From assembly GCA_963703285.1 (NCBI GenBank), contig OY969807.1:1248001-1312000 (forward strand): a DNA stretch of 64,000 nucleotides. The letters are read 5' to 3'. Position numbers and translations under genes: made by a program. Below are positions 17,973-28,054 of the stretch, piece after piece (position 1 is the stretch's first letter; each line of letters starts with the position of its first letter). The DNA is from an uncultured Nitrososphaerota archaeon. Lineage in GTDB: Archaea > Thermoproteota > Nitrososphaeria > Nitrososphaerales > Gagatemarchaeaceae. The notes beneath the pieces were generated by a model. It was given only the letters and a program-made list of their open reading frames with translations. It did not search any database and was not told the DNA's origin.

Positions 17973-18887
17973 TCAGCGAACGTAGGAGAGCCAGGACTTG
18001 TAGCCGTCTATCCTTCCGTGGATGGCGTCCAGGTAGAGTCTCTGGATCCTCTTGGTCACCGGGTACTCGCCGCCCCCCACCTTCCTCCCGTCGACCTCGC
18101 GGATGGGCGTGACGTTCGCGGCGGTCCCGCTGAAGAAGAGCTCGTCGGCCGTGTAGAGCTCGTCCCTCGTGAAGTCTCTCTCGTACGCCTCGATGCCGTT
18201 GTCCCTTGCTATCTGGAGGACCGACATCCGTGTTATGCCGCCGAGGATGCCCGACTGCATCGTGGGCGTGTACAGGACCCCGTTCTTCACCCTGAAGATG
18301 TTCTCCCCCGACCCCTCCGCCACGTTGCCGCCGAGCGTGAGGATGATGGCCTCCTCGTAGCCGGCCGCGAGGGCGTCCATCTTCGCCAGTATCGAGTTGG
18401 CGTAGTTTGCTGAGCACTTCGCCTGCGGCGGGAGGATGCGGGCATCAATCCTGGCCCAGGCAGAGACGCCGCATCGGATGCCCTTCTCCATTCCCTCGTC
18501 GCCGAGGTAGGCGCCCCACTCCCAGCAGGCTACCGCCCCTATCACCTTGTTCTTCAACGGGTTGACGCCCAGCTCGCCGAAGGAGCTGAAGACGATGGGC
18601 CTGACGTAGCAGGCCTGGAGACCGTTCTCCTTCACGACTTCCATGCACGCAGCCGTGAGCTGCTCCTTCGTGTACGGCAGCGCCATCCTGTAAACCCTGG
18701 CGCCGTCGAAGAGCCTATCCATGTGCTCCCTCAGACGGAAGATGGCCGGTCCGTCGGGGGTGTCGTTGCACCGTATGCCCTCGAATATGGAGTACCCGTA
18801 GTGCAACGCGTGGGTCAGGACGTGCACCTTGGCGTCGTCCCAGGGGACGAGCCTACCGTCGAACCAGATGAACTTCGTCGGCTGCAA
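17973..18887 (-). CDS. ilvE: Branched-chain amino acid aminotransferase
   Basis: IWFDG, HALHYG..FEGIR, AEGSGENIF, GITR; probable TTG start LQPTKFIW. Confidence 0.93.
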   Translation of the reverse strand: MQPTKFIWFDGRLVPWDDAKVHVLTHALHYGYSIFEGIRCNDTPDGPAIFRLREHMDRLFDGARVYRMALPYTKEQLTAACMEVVKENGLQACYVRPIVFSSFGELGVNPLKNKVIGAVACWEWGAYLGDEGMEKGIRCGVSAWARIDARILPPQAKCSANYANSILAKMDALAAGYEEAIILTLGGNVAEGSGENIFRVKNGVLYTPTMQSGILGGITRMSVLQIARDNGIEAYERDFTRDELYTADELFFSGTAANVTPIREVDGRKVGGGEYPVTKRIQRLYLDAIHGRIDGYKSWLSYVR

Positions 18888-18931
18888 CTCTTGTCGCCCG
18901 GTTCTCGTCCCGAGGCCTATTTTACGTATCG

Positions 18932-19957
18932 CTAGGCCGCCAGCTGCCCGGCGACCGCGGCTCCGACCTCGGACGTGCTGCTTGTCCCCCCGAGGTCCTG
19001 GGTCGTCACGCCGCCCTCCAGCGTCCGGTCGACCGCCCTCCGGACCGCCGCCGCGGCGTCGCCACAGCTTGCGTCGCCACGTTCCTCCGCCAGCCACTCG
19101 AGCATCATCGAGCAGGTCAGGATGATCGCGACGGGGTTGGCCAGGCCCCTGCCGGCGATGTCGGGCGCGGCCCCGTGGACCGGCTCGAATATCGCGTCCT
19201 TCTCTCCAAGGTTCGCCGAAGGCGCCACCCCGAGCCCGCCCACGAGCTGGGCCGCCTCGTCCGAGAGTATGTCCCCGTACATGTTGGTGGTGACGATCAC
19301 GTCGAAGGACTCGGGCGTCCTGATGAGGTTCATTGCCGTCGAGTCGACGAGCATGTCGCTGAAGGAGACGGACGGATGTCCCGACGCGACCTCCCTGCAC
19401 GCCTGCAAGAAGAGGCCGTCGGTCTTCTTCAGCACGTTGGACTTGTGGACCGCGACCACCTTCCTCTGGCGGTTCCTCCGCTCGGCGATCTCGAACGCGC
19501 GCTCGGCTATCCTGGCCGAGGCCTTCCGGGTGATGGTCCTAAGCGCGACCGCTCCTCCCTCGAACTCGAACTCCATCCCGCGGTAGAGGCACTCGGTGTT
19601 CTCCCTCACCATGACGAAGTCGATGTCCGGCCTGAGCGACGGGACGTGCGGGAGGCTCACCGACGGCCTGATGTTGGCGTAGAGGTCCAGCGTCTGTCTG
19701 AGCTTCACGATGGTCTCGGCCGCCGTCTCTCCCACCGGGCCCTTGAGGCAGGCGTCCGAGTCCCTGATGGTCGTGACCGTCGCGGCGGGGAGCGCTTCGC
19801 CTGTCCTCGACTTGCACGCGTCCCCTGCGGGCGCGGGCCGGAACTCGAACCTCAGGTCGAATCGGGGTCTCAGCGCCTCTAGGACCGCGACGGCTGCCGA
19901 CGAGACCTCCGGACCCACCCCGTCCCCCTCTATCTGGGCGATGTTGTAGGTCGTCAT
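18932..19957 (-). CDS. leuB: 3-isopropylmalate dehydrogenase
   Basis: GDGVGPEV, VRENTE, NMYGDILSD, FEPVHGAAPDIAG; in leu operon. Confidence 0.88.
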   Translation of the reverse strand: MTTYNIAQIEGDGVGPEVSSAAVAVLEALRPRFDLRFEFRPAPAGDACKSRTGEALPAATVTTIRDSDACLKGPVGETAAETIVKLRQTLDLYANIRPSVSLPHVPSLRPDIDFVMVRENTECLYRGMEFEFEGGAVALRTITRKASARIAERAFEIAERRNRQRKVVAVHKSNVLKKTDGLFLQACREVASGHPSVSFSDMLVDSTAMNLIRTPESFDVIVTTNMYGDILSDEAAQLVGGLGVAPSANLGEKDAIFEPVHGAAPDIAGRGLANPVAIILTCSMMLEWLAEERGDASCGDAAAAVRRAVDRTLEGGVTTQDLGGTSSTSEVGAAVAGQLAA

Positions 19958-19976
19958 GCGAAAACCAGCGGGCTCT

Positions 19977-20492
19977 CTACTGGGCCGAAGCCTTCAGCCT
20001 CTGCCTGACCCTCTCCCTGACGTACCCGAGGAAGCCGCCCCTCTTCATCTGCTCGATGTCCGAGTCGCTGGCCGTCACGGGGTATTCCGTCCCCTTGGTG
20101 AGGTCATTCAGGGTGCGTGCGTCGAGGTCGATCAGGAGCTCGTCCCCGGGGTCGATCCGACTCGTGTCGGCAACCTGTATCGGCAGGAGGCCGTTGTTCA
20201 GGGCGTTCCTGTAGAAGATGTCGGGAAACGACTGGGCGACCACCGCGACGACGTTGTTGTACTTCACGGCGTAGACGGCCTGCTCCCTCGAGGATCCGCA
20301 CCCGAAGTTGTTCCCGGCAACGACAATGCTCTCCCTGTTCGCCCTGCACGCCGCCTTGAACGACGGGTCGTAGTACTCGAAGGCGTGGTCTGCGAAGAAC
20401 TGCTTGTCCCAGCTCTCCTGGAGCAGGTACGCAGGTATGATGTAGTCGGTGTTGATGTCGTCGAGGTACTTCTTGGCGACCTTCCCTCGCAT
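19977..20492 (-). CDS. leuD: 3-isopropylmalate dehydratase small subunit
   Basis: DINTDYIIPA, NFGCGSSREQA, SF..IFYRNA.NNGLLP. Confidence 0.9.
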   Translation of the reverse strand: MRGKVAKKYLDDINTDYIIPAYLLQESWDKQFFADHAFEYYDPSFKAACRANRESIVVAGNNFGCGSSREQAVYAVKYNNVVAVVAQSFPDIFYRNALNNGLLPIQVADTSRIDPGDELLIDLDARTLNDLTKGTEYPVTASDSDIEQMKRGGFLGYVRERVRQRLKASAQ

Positions 20493-20499
20493 CTGCAAT

Positions 20500-21816
20500 T
20501 CAATCACCCAGGTACTTCCGCGGGTCGGCAATCCTTCCCTCGACGGCGGTGGTAGCGGCGACGGCGGGCGAGCCGAGATAGATGAAGGCCTCGGGCGAGC
20601 CCATCCTCCCCCTGTAGTTGCGGTTGCTCGTCGAGAGGCACCTGTCCCCGGGCGCGAGTATCCCCATGTGCTTGCCGAAGCAGGGACCGCAGTTGGAGGA
20701 CTCGATGTTCGCCCCGCTCTGCGCGATCGTGTTGAGAATCCCGTTCTCCATCGCCCAGTTGTACACCTTGCGGCTCGCGGGTATCACGATTAGGTTGGTG
20801 TCCGGGTGTACCTTCCTGCCCTTGAGTATCCGGGCGGCCAGGGCGAGGTCACTCTTCCTCGCGTTCGCGCAGGAGCCCAGGAAGACGACGTTGATGGGGT
20901 CGCTCACCTCGCTGACCGGCCTCGCGTTCGCGGGCGAGTGCGGGAGCGAGACGGTCGGCTCGACGGACGCTGCGTCCACGTTCACGGTCCGGGAGAAGGC
21001 CGCGTCCTCGTCGCTCTTCATTATCGTCCCCGACTCGGCGGGTGTGAGGGCCCTCCCCTTGGCCGTGAGGGCGCCGCCGACGTAGTCCATCGTCTTCTGG
21101 TCAGGGTTGACTATAGCGGTCCGGGCCGACATCTCAACAGAGAGGTTGCAGATCGTGAACCGGCCGTCCATCTCCATCGAAGAGATGGTGGGACCTTCGT
21201 ACTCCGCGACCATCTTCGAGCATCCCCCCTCGCCCATGACCCCGAGGACGTGCAGGACGAGGTCCTTGGGATAGACGCCCCGCGGGAGTTCGCCGTCGAC
21301 GTGGAAGCGGACCGACTCGGGGACCCTGAACGAGTAGAGCTCGCCCGTCGCAAGGAGGTTCTCGGCCTCGGTCGTGCCTATGCCGAAGGCCAGCGACCCC
21401 AGCGCGCCCTGGGTGCAGGTGTGGGAGTCGGTCGCCACGGCTATCTCGCCGGGGAGGACGAACCCCTCCTCTGACGCTATCGTGTGCTCGATCCCGTCCC
21501 CCTCCTTGTACATCGCTATCTGTTGCTGCTTTGCGAAGTCGGCCATCAGCTTGATGCCGGCGCTAACCATTATCGAGCACGAGGGGACGGTGTGGTCGGG
21601 CATGAAGGCGACCCTCGCCGGGTCGAAGACCTTCATCCGCCTCCCCGCCTCCTGGTACACGTCGGCGAAGTCCTTCTGGAAGTTGAGGATGGCGGGCGGC
21701 CCGATGACCTCGTTGAAGTAGAGCTTGTCGACAGGCAGGGCCTCGACCAGTTCTCCGGCAGCGACGGGCCTTCCGACGGCCCGGGAGACGATCTTCTCGG
21801 TTATGGTGCGTCCCAT
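20500..21816 (-). CDS. leuC: 3-isopropylmalate dehydratase large subunit
   Basis: MGRTITEKI, DSHTCT.GA, GSCAN, CGPC.G, STSNRNYRGRMG. Confidence 0.92.
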   Translation of the reverse strand: MGRTITEKIVSRAVGRPVAAGELVEALPVDKLYFNEVIGPPAILNFQKDFADVYQEAGRRMKVFDPARVAFMPDHTVPSCSIMVSAGIKLMADFAKQQQIAMYKEGDGIEHTIASEEGFVLPGEIAVATDSHTCTQGALGSLAFGIGTTEAENLLATGELYSFRVPESVRFHVDGELPRGVYPKDLVLHVLGVMGEGGCSKMVAEYEGPTISSMEMDGRFTICNLSVEMSARTAIVNPDQKTMDYVGGALTAKGRALTPAESGTIMKSDEDAAFSRTVNVDAASVEPTVSLPHSPANARPVSEVSDPINVVFLGSCANARKSDLALAARILKGRKVHPDTNLIVIPASRKVYNWAMENGILNTIAQSGANIESSNCGPCFGKHMGILAPGDRCLSTSNRNYRGRMGSPEAFIYLGSPAVAATTAVEGRIADPRKYLGD

Positions 21817-21818
21817 CT

Positions 21819-23381
21819 CTAGAGACCCTCTATTGGCCTGGCGGGGCTCTCCTTCTGGAGCTCCTCCGTCCTCCTGATGCCGTCCTTCTTCGCGAGTAGG
21901 GCGTTCGTCCCGGCGACGACGGCCTCCACGCTCGCGACGACGATGTCCCTCTTCATCCCCCTGCCCGAGGCGGTGTGCCCCTCGCCGTCCTCCACCTCTA
22001 CGGTCACGTCGGCGACGGCGGCCGAGTCCCCCGTCAGGGCTTCGAGCCTGTAGTTCTTCAGGCGGACCGTCTCGATGTTGCTGAATATCTTCTGGATCGC
22101 GTTCACGGCGGCGTCGACCGCACCCGACCCCACCTCGGTGGCCTCGTGGAGATGGCCGCGGACGAGCAGCTTGACGGTGGCGGTTGGGAGCCTCTTTATG
22201 CCGGTCACTACCTCCAGACCTTCGAGCTCGACGAGCTCGTTCTTCTCCGCGCTCCCTCCTCCCATGATTTTGACCGCCATCTGGTAGAGGTCCGAGTCGG
22301 TGACGGTCGAGCCCCCGTCCCCCGTCTCCTTCACCTTGGCCACGATGAGCCTCAGGCTCTCCTCTTTGGGCTTGAGCCCCATCCCGCGCAGCTGCGCGGA
22401 GATGCCGTGGCGGCCCGCGTGCTTCCCGGCCTGCAGCCACCTGGTCCTGCCGACCATGGAGGGGTCGAAAGGCTCGTAGGTCGAGGGGTCGTTCAGCACG
22501 CCGTCCGTGTGTATGCCCGACTCGTGCCCGAAGGCGTTGTCCCCGATTATCGCCTTGTTCGGTTGGATGGGGACGCCGGTCAGCCTGTTGACGAGGCGCG
22601 ACGTCTCGTACAGCAGCTGATAGTTGACGTTCGTGCTCACGCCGTAGAGGTTGCTGCAGGCCATCACGAACTCCTCCAGAGAGGTGTTGCCGGACCTCTC
22701 GCCGATGCCGTTGATCGTCGCGTGCACCTGGTCGGCCCCGGCCATCACGCCCGCGAGGCTGTTCGCGACCGCCAGGCCGTAGTCGTTGTGGCAGTGCATG
22801 CTGATTGTCATGCCGGAGACCGACCTGGCGGCCTCTGTGTACTCCGCCATCCGCTGAGGAGTCGCGATGCCCACAGTGTCGGGGATGTCGAAGCGGTCCG
22901 CGCCCGCGTCCGAGACCGCCTTGACGACCTCCTTGAAGAACCCGATGTCGGTCCTGGTGGCGTCCATCGCCGAGAACTCGACCTTCACCCCGAAGCCCTT
23001 AGCGTACCTCACAGCCTCGGCGGACTGGACCAGCATCTTCTCCCTCGTTATGTGGAGCTGGTGCTGCATGTGGACGTCCGAGGAGGAGAGGAAGACGTGG
23101 ATCCCGCCTACGCCGCAGTCGATGGCCGTCTCGATGTCGACCTTCTCAGCGCGGGCGAGGCCGCAGACCTCTGCCCTGAGGCCGGACCTAGCGATCGCGC
23201 GGACCGCTTCCTGCTCACCCTTCGAGGTTATTGGAAACCCCGCCTCTATGACGTCGACGCCCAGACGATCCAGTGCCAGGGCTATCTCGACCTTCTCCTG
23301 GGGAGTGAGAGAGACGCCGGGCGTCTGCTCGCCGTCCCTGAGTGTCGTGTCAAGGATCCTGACGAGACGCGAGCCGCTCAC
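21819..23381 (-). CDS. leuA: 2-isopropylmalate synthase (LeuA/CimA family)
   Basis: [30 protein letters not shown]-terminal regulatory domain. Confidence 0.88.
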   Translation of the reverse strand: MSGSRLVRILDTTLRDGEQTPGVSLTPQEKVEIALALDRLGVDVIEAGFPITSKGEQEAVRAIARSGLRAEVCGLARAEKVDIETAIDCGVGGIHVFLSSSDVHMQHQLHITREKMLVQSAEAVRYAKGFGVKVEFSAMDATRTDIGFFKEVVKAVSDAGADRFDIPDTVGIATPQRMAEYTEAARSVSGMTISMHCHNDYGLAVANSLAGVMAGADQVHATINGIGERSGNTSLEEFVMACSNLYGVSTNVNYQLLYETSRLVNRLTGVPIQPNKAIIGDNAFGHESGIHTDGVLNDPSTYEPFDPSMVGRTRWLQAGKHAGRHGISAQLRGMGLKPKEESLRLIVAKVKETGDGGSTVTDSDLYQMAVKIMGGGSAEKNELVELEGLEVVTGIKRLPTATVKLLVRGHLHEATEVGSGAVDAAVNAIQKIFSNIETVRLKNYRLEALTGDSAAVADVTVEVEDGEGHTASGRGMKRDIVVASVEAVVAGTNALLAKKDGIRRTEELQKESPARPIEGL

Positions 23382-23854
23382 GACTGGACCTCCTTGGGTA
23401 GCGCCGCGACGCCCGTCCTCGCTATGTCGAGGACGCTGGTCTGCAGGCTGGAGACGAAGTCGTCGATCTGCTTTGCGCTCCCGACGATCTCGACGACCGC
23501 GGAGCGGGCGGAGGAGTCGACGATGCGGCAGGAGTTCATCTTCTGTAGGTCGGCCAGCGTCATCTTGTCGGTGTTGATTCTCACGAGCGCGAGCTCCCTG
23601 GCCGTCACCTCCTCCGGGGCGTAGGTCCGGGCCTCGAGGACGTCGATCACCTTCATCAGCTGCCTGGCGACGTGCTCCACCGCGGCGTCGTCGCCCTCGA
23701 GCGTCATCGTCATCCGGACGTCGTCGCCCCCGTTGGTCACGCCGACGGTCATCCCGTCGATGTTCAGGCGCATCAGGCGCACGAGGTGGACAACGCGGAA
23801 GAGGGTGCCCGGCTTGTTCTCGACGAGCGTCGAGAGGATCTTCGATGACCTCAA
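23378..23854 (-). CDS. ilvN: Acetolactate synthase small subunit
   Basis: ACT domain LVENKPGTL..NI, QLMKVIDV, RELALV, IARTGVAAL; TTG start overlaps the ilvB stop. Confidence 0.9.
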   Translation of the reverse strand: MRSSKILSTLVENKPGTLFRVVHLVRLMRLNIDGMTVGVTNGGDDVRMTMTLEGDDAAVEHVARQLMKVIDVLEARTYAPEEVTARELALVRINTDKMTLADLQKMNSCRIVDSSARSAVVEIVGSAKQIDDFVSSLQTSVLDIARTGVAALPKEVQS

Positions 23855-25581
23855 AAGATCGACAGCTCCTTTGGGGTGCCGTAGACCGTGTCCTTGATCG
23901 CCTTGCCTGGGGGCATGAACGGGAAGACGTCCTCCTCGTGCGAGACGGGGACCTCTATTAGCGTGGGGGAGTCTGACCTGATGCCTTCCCTCAGCGCCTT
24001 GCCGAACTCCTGGAGCGAGCCGACGCGGGTGCCCTGCACTCCGTAGGAAGCCGCGAGCTTCACGAAGTCGGGGACGTTCTGGAACTTTATCCCGATGAAG
24101 TGCCTGTTGTACATGAGGCGCTGCCACTGCTCGACCATCCCGAGCGACCTGTCGTTCATCACCACGGCCACGACCGGGATATGCTCCTCGACCGCCGTCG
24201 CGAGGGCCTGTTCTGTCATCACGAACGACCCGTCGCCGTCGAAGTCGACGACGGGGACGCCGGGCGCGGCCACCTTGGCGCCGAGCGCAGCGGGGAGCCC
24301 GAAACCCATCGTGCCGAGGCCGGTGGACGTCACCCAGGTCCTCGGCCTCAGTACCCGGTAGTGTATCTCGCACCACATCTGATGCCTGCCGACGCCCGTC
24401 GTGAGGATGGCTTCCGGTGGCAGGATCTCCCTCATCAGCTTGACTATGCGGGGACTGGAGAGCTCGCTGTACGAGTCCTTGTAGGCCGGGATTCCCTTCA
24501 TCTCCTCGCGGACGAGGTCGAGCCTCGTCAGCCACGCGTTGTCCCCCGACCTCTTCACCATGCGCCGGACCAGGGCGTCGAGGAGCATGGTGAGGACGAC
24601 GTTGGCGTCACCGAGGATGCTCAGCGTCACGAGCTTGTTCTTGTTGAACTCGGTCGGGTCGGCGTCGATGTGGATGATCTTGGCGTCGGGCGCGAACTCG
24701 CTGAAGGTGCCCGTGGAGCGGTCGGAGAAGCGCACGCCCACGGCGAGGAGGACGTCGCACTCGCCGACGAGCTTGTTCGCCTCGGCTCTCCCGTGCATCC
24801 CGATGGGTCCCACGGAGAGGGGATGGTCCTCGGGGAAGGTCCCCTTCCCCTGGAGGGTCGTGATCACCGGCGCCATGAGGAACTCGGCTAGGGCCCTGAA
24901 CTGCATGGACGCGTCGGCGATCCTGATGCCTCCCCCGCCGAAGAGGAGGGGCCTCTGCGCCTTCACGAGCATGTCGGCGGCCCTCTCGATGTCCTGGGCG
25001 TCGACGGCGACGCTGGGCCTGTAGCCCCTAATCTGTATCGACTCGGGGAACGTGATCTCGGCCTCCTCCTGCTGGACGTCCTTCGGCACGTCGAGGAGGA
25101 CCGGGCCCGGCCTGCCGGTCTGGGCGATGAAGAAGCTCTTCTTGACGGCCGAGGGTATCTCGGCGGCGGAGAGGGGCTGCAGGGTGTACTTCGTGACCGG
25201 AGTGAGCACCCCGACGACGTCCGTCTCCTGGAACCCGCTCTTGCCCGTCATGCTCTTGGAGACCTGGCCCGTGATGGCGACGACCGGCGATGAGTCGGCG
25301 AACGCGGTCGCTATCCCGGTGACGAGGTTCGTGGCCCCCGGACCCGAGGTCGCCGAGCAGACGCCGGCCCTCCTCGAGACCCTCCCGTAGGCGTCCGCCA
25401 TGTGCGCCCCAATTTGCTCGTGCCTCACGAGCACGTGCTTGATCTTCGAATCCCACAGGGCGTCGTAGAAGGGGAGGTTGGCGCCTCCCGGCATCCCGAA
25501 GATGTACTCTACCTTCTCCTTCTCGAGGGCCTCCACGATGGCCCTTGCGCCGGACATTTTTTCAGGCATTGTAATCGCCAC
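23851..25581 (-). CDS. ilvB: Acetolactate synthase large subunit
   Basis: FGMPGG, RHEQ, TSGPGATN, GMHG, GDGSF ThDP motif. Confidence 0.96.
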   Translation of the reverse strand: MAITMPEKMSGARAIVEALEKEKVEYIFGMPGGANLPFYDALWDSKIKHVLVRHEQIGAHMADAYGRVSRRAGVCSATSGPGATNLVTGIATAFADSSPVVAITGQVSKSMTGKSGFQETDVVGVLTPVTKYTLQPLSAAEIPSAVKKSFFIAQTGRPGPVLLDVPKDVQQEEAEITFPESIQIRGYRPSVAVDAQDIERAADMLVKAQRPLLFGGGGIRIADASMQFRALAEFLMAPVITTLQGKGTFPEDHPLSVGPIGMHGRAEANKLVGECDVLLAVGVRFSDRSTGTFSEFAPDAKIIHIDADPTEFNKNKLVTLSILGDANVVLTMLLDALVRRMVKRSGDNAWLTRLDLVREEMKGIPAYKDSYSELSSPRIVKLMREILPPEAILTTGVGRHQMWCEIHYRVLRPRTWVTSTGLGTMGFGLPAALGAKVAAPGVPVVDFDGDGSFVMTEQALATAVEEHIPVVAVVMNDRSLGMVEQWQRLMYNRHFIGIKFQNVPDFVKLAASYGVQGTRVGSLQEFGKALREGIRSDSPTLIEVPVSHEEDVFPFMPPGKAIKDTVYGTPKELSIF

Positions 25582-25624
25582 TCTCCAATAGAATCTCCTC
25601 GCTTGAAATCTCGAGCGAGGTGCT

Positions 25625-25690
25625 CTAGACTAAAACAATCAACGCTACAAGGACGAGAACCGCCGAAGTAGTAGCGTTGCCGCGCTGCAT
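25625..25690 (-). CDS. Putative ilv/leu leader peptide MQRGNATTSAVLVLVALIVLV (21 aa, not in ORF track)
   Basis: ATG...TAG ORF between the TATA box and ilvB; 10 of the last 11 codons are Val/Leu/Ile. Confidence 0.75.
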   Translation of the reverse strand: MQRGNATTSAVLVLVALIVLV

Positions 25691-25710
25691 TGTGAAGAGG
25701 TAGGGGGGCG

Positions 25711-25720
25711 TTATATTTAA
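25711..25720 (-). promoter_or_regulatory. TATA box of the ilvB leader transcript
   Basis: Minus strand TTAAATATAA, 20 nt upstream of the leader ATG (leaderless spacing). Confidence 0.7.
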
Positions 25721-25794
25721 GATTTGAAAAAGTGGTTTCTAGACCGATTACTAGCGCCGCGACAACCTCTGAGGGAGCCGTTTCCCCGGTCGCG

Positions 25795-26640
25795 CTAGGG
25801 TGGCAGGGGAGGGTCGATGCGGATCTGGAAGACGTCGGGCCAGTCCTTGCCCGTGACGTAGAGGCGGTGGTTGGATGCGTCGTAGGCTATGCCGTTCAGG
25901 ACGTCGTTGGAGTCGCAGTGGCAGCCACTCAGGCTCTGGAGCCCGGCGAGGTCCAACCAGGCGGTGACCTCCCCCGTCGATGCGTTGATGACCGCTATCC
26001 TGTTCGTGAGCCAGACGTTGGCGAAGATGCTCCCGTTGATGTAGTCGAGGCTGTTGAGGTTGTCAATCTGTGTGCTCCCGTCGTGCACGGTGACCTCGCC
26101 CGTCCTCTGGAACGTCTGCGGGTTGAGGAAGTAGAGGGTGTCCGACCCGTCGCTCATGATGAGCTGTGTCCCGTTGTAGGTGAGGCCCCACCCCTGGTCG
26201 GGAAAGGTGAAGTTCCCGAGCGGCTGGAACGTCTCCAGGCTGTAGACGAACCCGATGTGCGTCGTGTATGTGAGCTGGACGATCTCGTCGCCGAAGATCG
26301 CGATGCCCTCCCCGAAGTACTGGCTGGGGAGATTGTGGATCTGGATGACCTGTCCCGTCGTTATGTTCTCCCGGCGGAGCGAGGAGTCCCCATTAAGACC
26401 GGTGCTCTCGTACAGGGTCCCGTTGTAGTAGACCAGGCCCTCCGTGAACGCTCCCGTGTCGTGGGGGTACGTCCCGACGACCTCGTAGGAGTAGACAGGG
26501 GTGGTCGATGTGCTCGTGGTAGGTGGGCCGGAGGAAGCCGGAGCGCTGCGGTCTAGGACGTAGTAGGTCGCCGCGAGCAAGAGGCACGCGAGCACCAAGG
26601 CGAGCGCGACCCTCCAAGTACTTCCCATGGCTGTCCTCAT
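25795..26640 (-). CDS. Glutaminyl-peptide cyclotransferase (bacterial/plant beta-propeller type), N-terminal anchor
   Basis: YPHD..AFTEGL, LYESTG, FGEG, GWGL, SDGS, VLNGIAYD, VTGK.WP; start may be 26628. Confidence 0.9.
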   Translation of the reverse strand: MRTAMGSTWRVALALVLACLLLAATYYVLDRSAPASSGPPTTSTSTTPVYSYEVVGTYPHDTGAFTEGLVYYNGTLYESTGLNGDSSLRRENITTGQVIQIHNLPSQYFGEGIAIFGDEIVQLTYTTHIGFVYSLETFQPLGNFTFPDQGWGLTYNGTQLIMSDGSDTLYFLNPQTFQRTGEVTVHDGSTQIDNLNSLDYINGSIFANVWLTNRIAVINASTGEVTAWLDLAGLQSLSGCHCDSNDVLNGIAYDASNHRLYVTGKDWPDVFQIRIDPPLPP

Positions 26641-26731
26641 GCCAGGGCGGGAGTCCGGCGGTGCTCCTCAATTATGCGTTTTCGAGCTGCCCTCCGGCAA
26701 CAGATATGAACGCCAGGACGGGGGACGCCCC

Positions 26732-27943
26732 GTGGCCTCAGGCTCGCGGCCAGCGTCCGTCCTTGGACCGGTCTACATCTACACCACTCTGTCGTGGGCC
26801 GCGTACGCGCTGGTCGCCGTCTCGCTCCGATTCCGGTTCGAGCAGCTGGGGCTCAGCGTGGTCGCCTACGGGACGGTCGTCGCCGTCGTCTCCCTAGGGT
26901 TGCTCTCGACAGAGACGGTCTGGGGAGCCTTCGCCCATCGGATAGCCAGCAGGGGCTGGATTCTGGGGCTCGGGGCGGTGGTAGCCCTGATTCTGGTCGC
27001 CGTCGGGGTCTCCAACTCCACCCCGACCTTCGCGCTCTCGATGGGCCTCCTTGGAGCGATGGTGATATTCCCCGTCCCGCTGCTCCGGTGGCTCGCCCTC
27101 GTAGCGGGAGGACCCGGGACGGGTGGCAGCGGCATCGCCAAGTACTCGGTCTCTTCGGGTGCTGGCACGATAATCGGAGCGGCGATCGGGCCTGCGGCCT
27201 TCGAGGCGATCGGGTTCTTTTGGCTCTCGGCCGCCGCCGCCGGCCTCTGGATCTTCTCCATGGCATTCTTGGTCCTGCTGCCGTGGACGCACCTTGAGGC
27301 GCCCGTCCATCGCGTCCCGCTGGCGCGTCAGGTGCGGCAGATTTCGACACCATACTTCGCGGCGGTCGCGGCGCTCGTGGCCCTGTTCTGGCTCTGCTAC
27401 ACTCTCACCTCGAACTTTCTACAGTACTACTCGGTCGACCTGTTCGGAGGAACCCCGGCGGACTCCGGCTATGTGATAGCGGCGATGCGCGCGATGGCCC
27501 TCGCGGCGGGGCTGCTGCTCGGGAGGGTCGTCGATAGGTGGGGGCCGGCCAGGTCGGCGCCGTTCGGGTTCCTTCTTATCGCGGCGGGGACGCTGGGGAC
27601 GCTCGCCTCGCATACCTACGCTGAGATGACGGTCGCCACGATGGTCTTCGCGGTGGGTGTCGGGTGGCTCAGCGTCACGCTGCTCCCGCTCTCCCTCATG
27701 GCCATACCGCGCTCGCTCCAGGGGACCGCAGTCGGGCTGTTCGGCTCGTTCGAGGACCTGGGCCAGTTCGTGGGGCCTATCCTCATCGGGGCCATCTACG
27801 CCGCCTTCGGTCCCACGTCGATCTTCGTCCCCGTGGCGGCCGTCGCAACGGCGGGAGCCCTGGGGGCCGCGGCGCTGGCGCCCCATGCCGTCAGTCGTCC
27901 CCCGGGCGCAGGGTCACAGGAGGCGAGCGACCGGGTTATTTAA
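26732..27943 (+). CDS. MFS transporter
   Basis: About 12 TM segments, GRVVDRWG motif A, GQFVGPILIG; start estimated. Confidence 0.85.
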   Translation: MASGSRPASVLGPVYIYTTLSWAAYALVAVSLRFRFEQLGLSVVAYGTVVAVVSLGLLSTETVWGAFAHRIASRGWILGLGAVVALILVAVGVSNSTPTFALSMGLLGAMVIFPVPLLRWLALVAGGPGTGGSGIAKYSVSSGAGTIIGAAIGPAAFEAIGFFWLSAAAAGLWIFSMAFLVLLPWTHLEAPVHRVPLARQVRQISTPYFAAVAALVALFWLCYTLTSNFLQYYSVDLFGGTPADSGYVIAAMRAMALAAGLLLGRVVDRWGPARSAPFGFLLIAAGTLGTLASHTYAEMTVATMVFAVGVGWLSVTLLPLSLMAIPRSLQGTAVGLFGSFEDLGQFVGPILIGAIYAAFGPTSIFVPVAAVATAGALGAAALAPHAVSRPPGAGSQEASDRVI

Positions 27944-28023
27944 CCTCGGTCATACGAGGCACCAGGTCGTTTAGAGCATGACGAAGTTTCGGGACGGTCC
28001 CCACCTTGGCAGCATAGACTTAA

Positions 28024-28040
28024 GTATAACGGCCTTATAC
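28024..28040. promoter_or_regulatory. Palindrome GTATAA-N5-TTATAC overlapping the TATA of the regulator-lipA unit
   Basis: Perfect 6-bp inverted repeat 14 nt upstream of the HTH regulator start. Confidence 0.55.
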
Positions 28041-28054
28041 GTGCAGTCGAGAAT

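Noticed and set aside
16047-23624. Long plus-strand ORFs (16047-17609, 16964-17965, 21975-23624 and others)
   Set aside because: Antisense shadows of well-supported high-GC genes with no recognisable motifs
28019-28045. Resemblance to an archaeal dif site (TATAA-CGGCC-TTATA)
   Set aside because: The spacer is 5 bp rather than 6, the outer arms do not pair, and the position over a promoter fits an operator better
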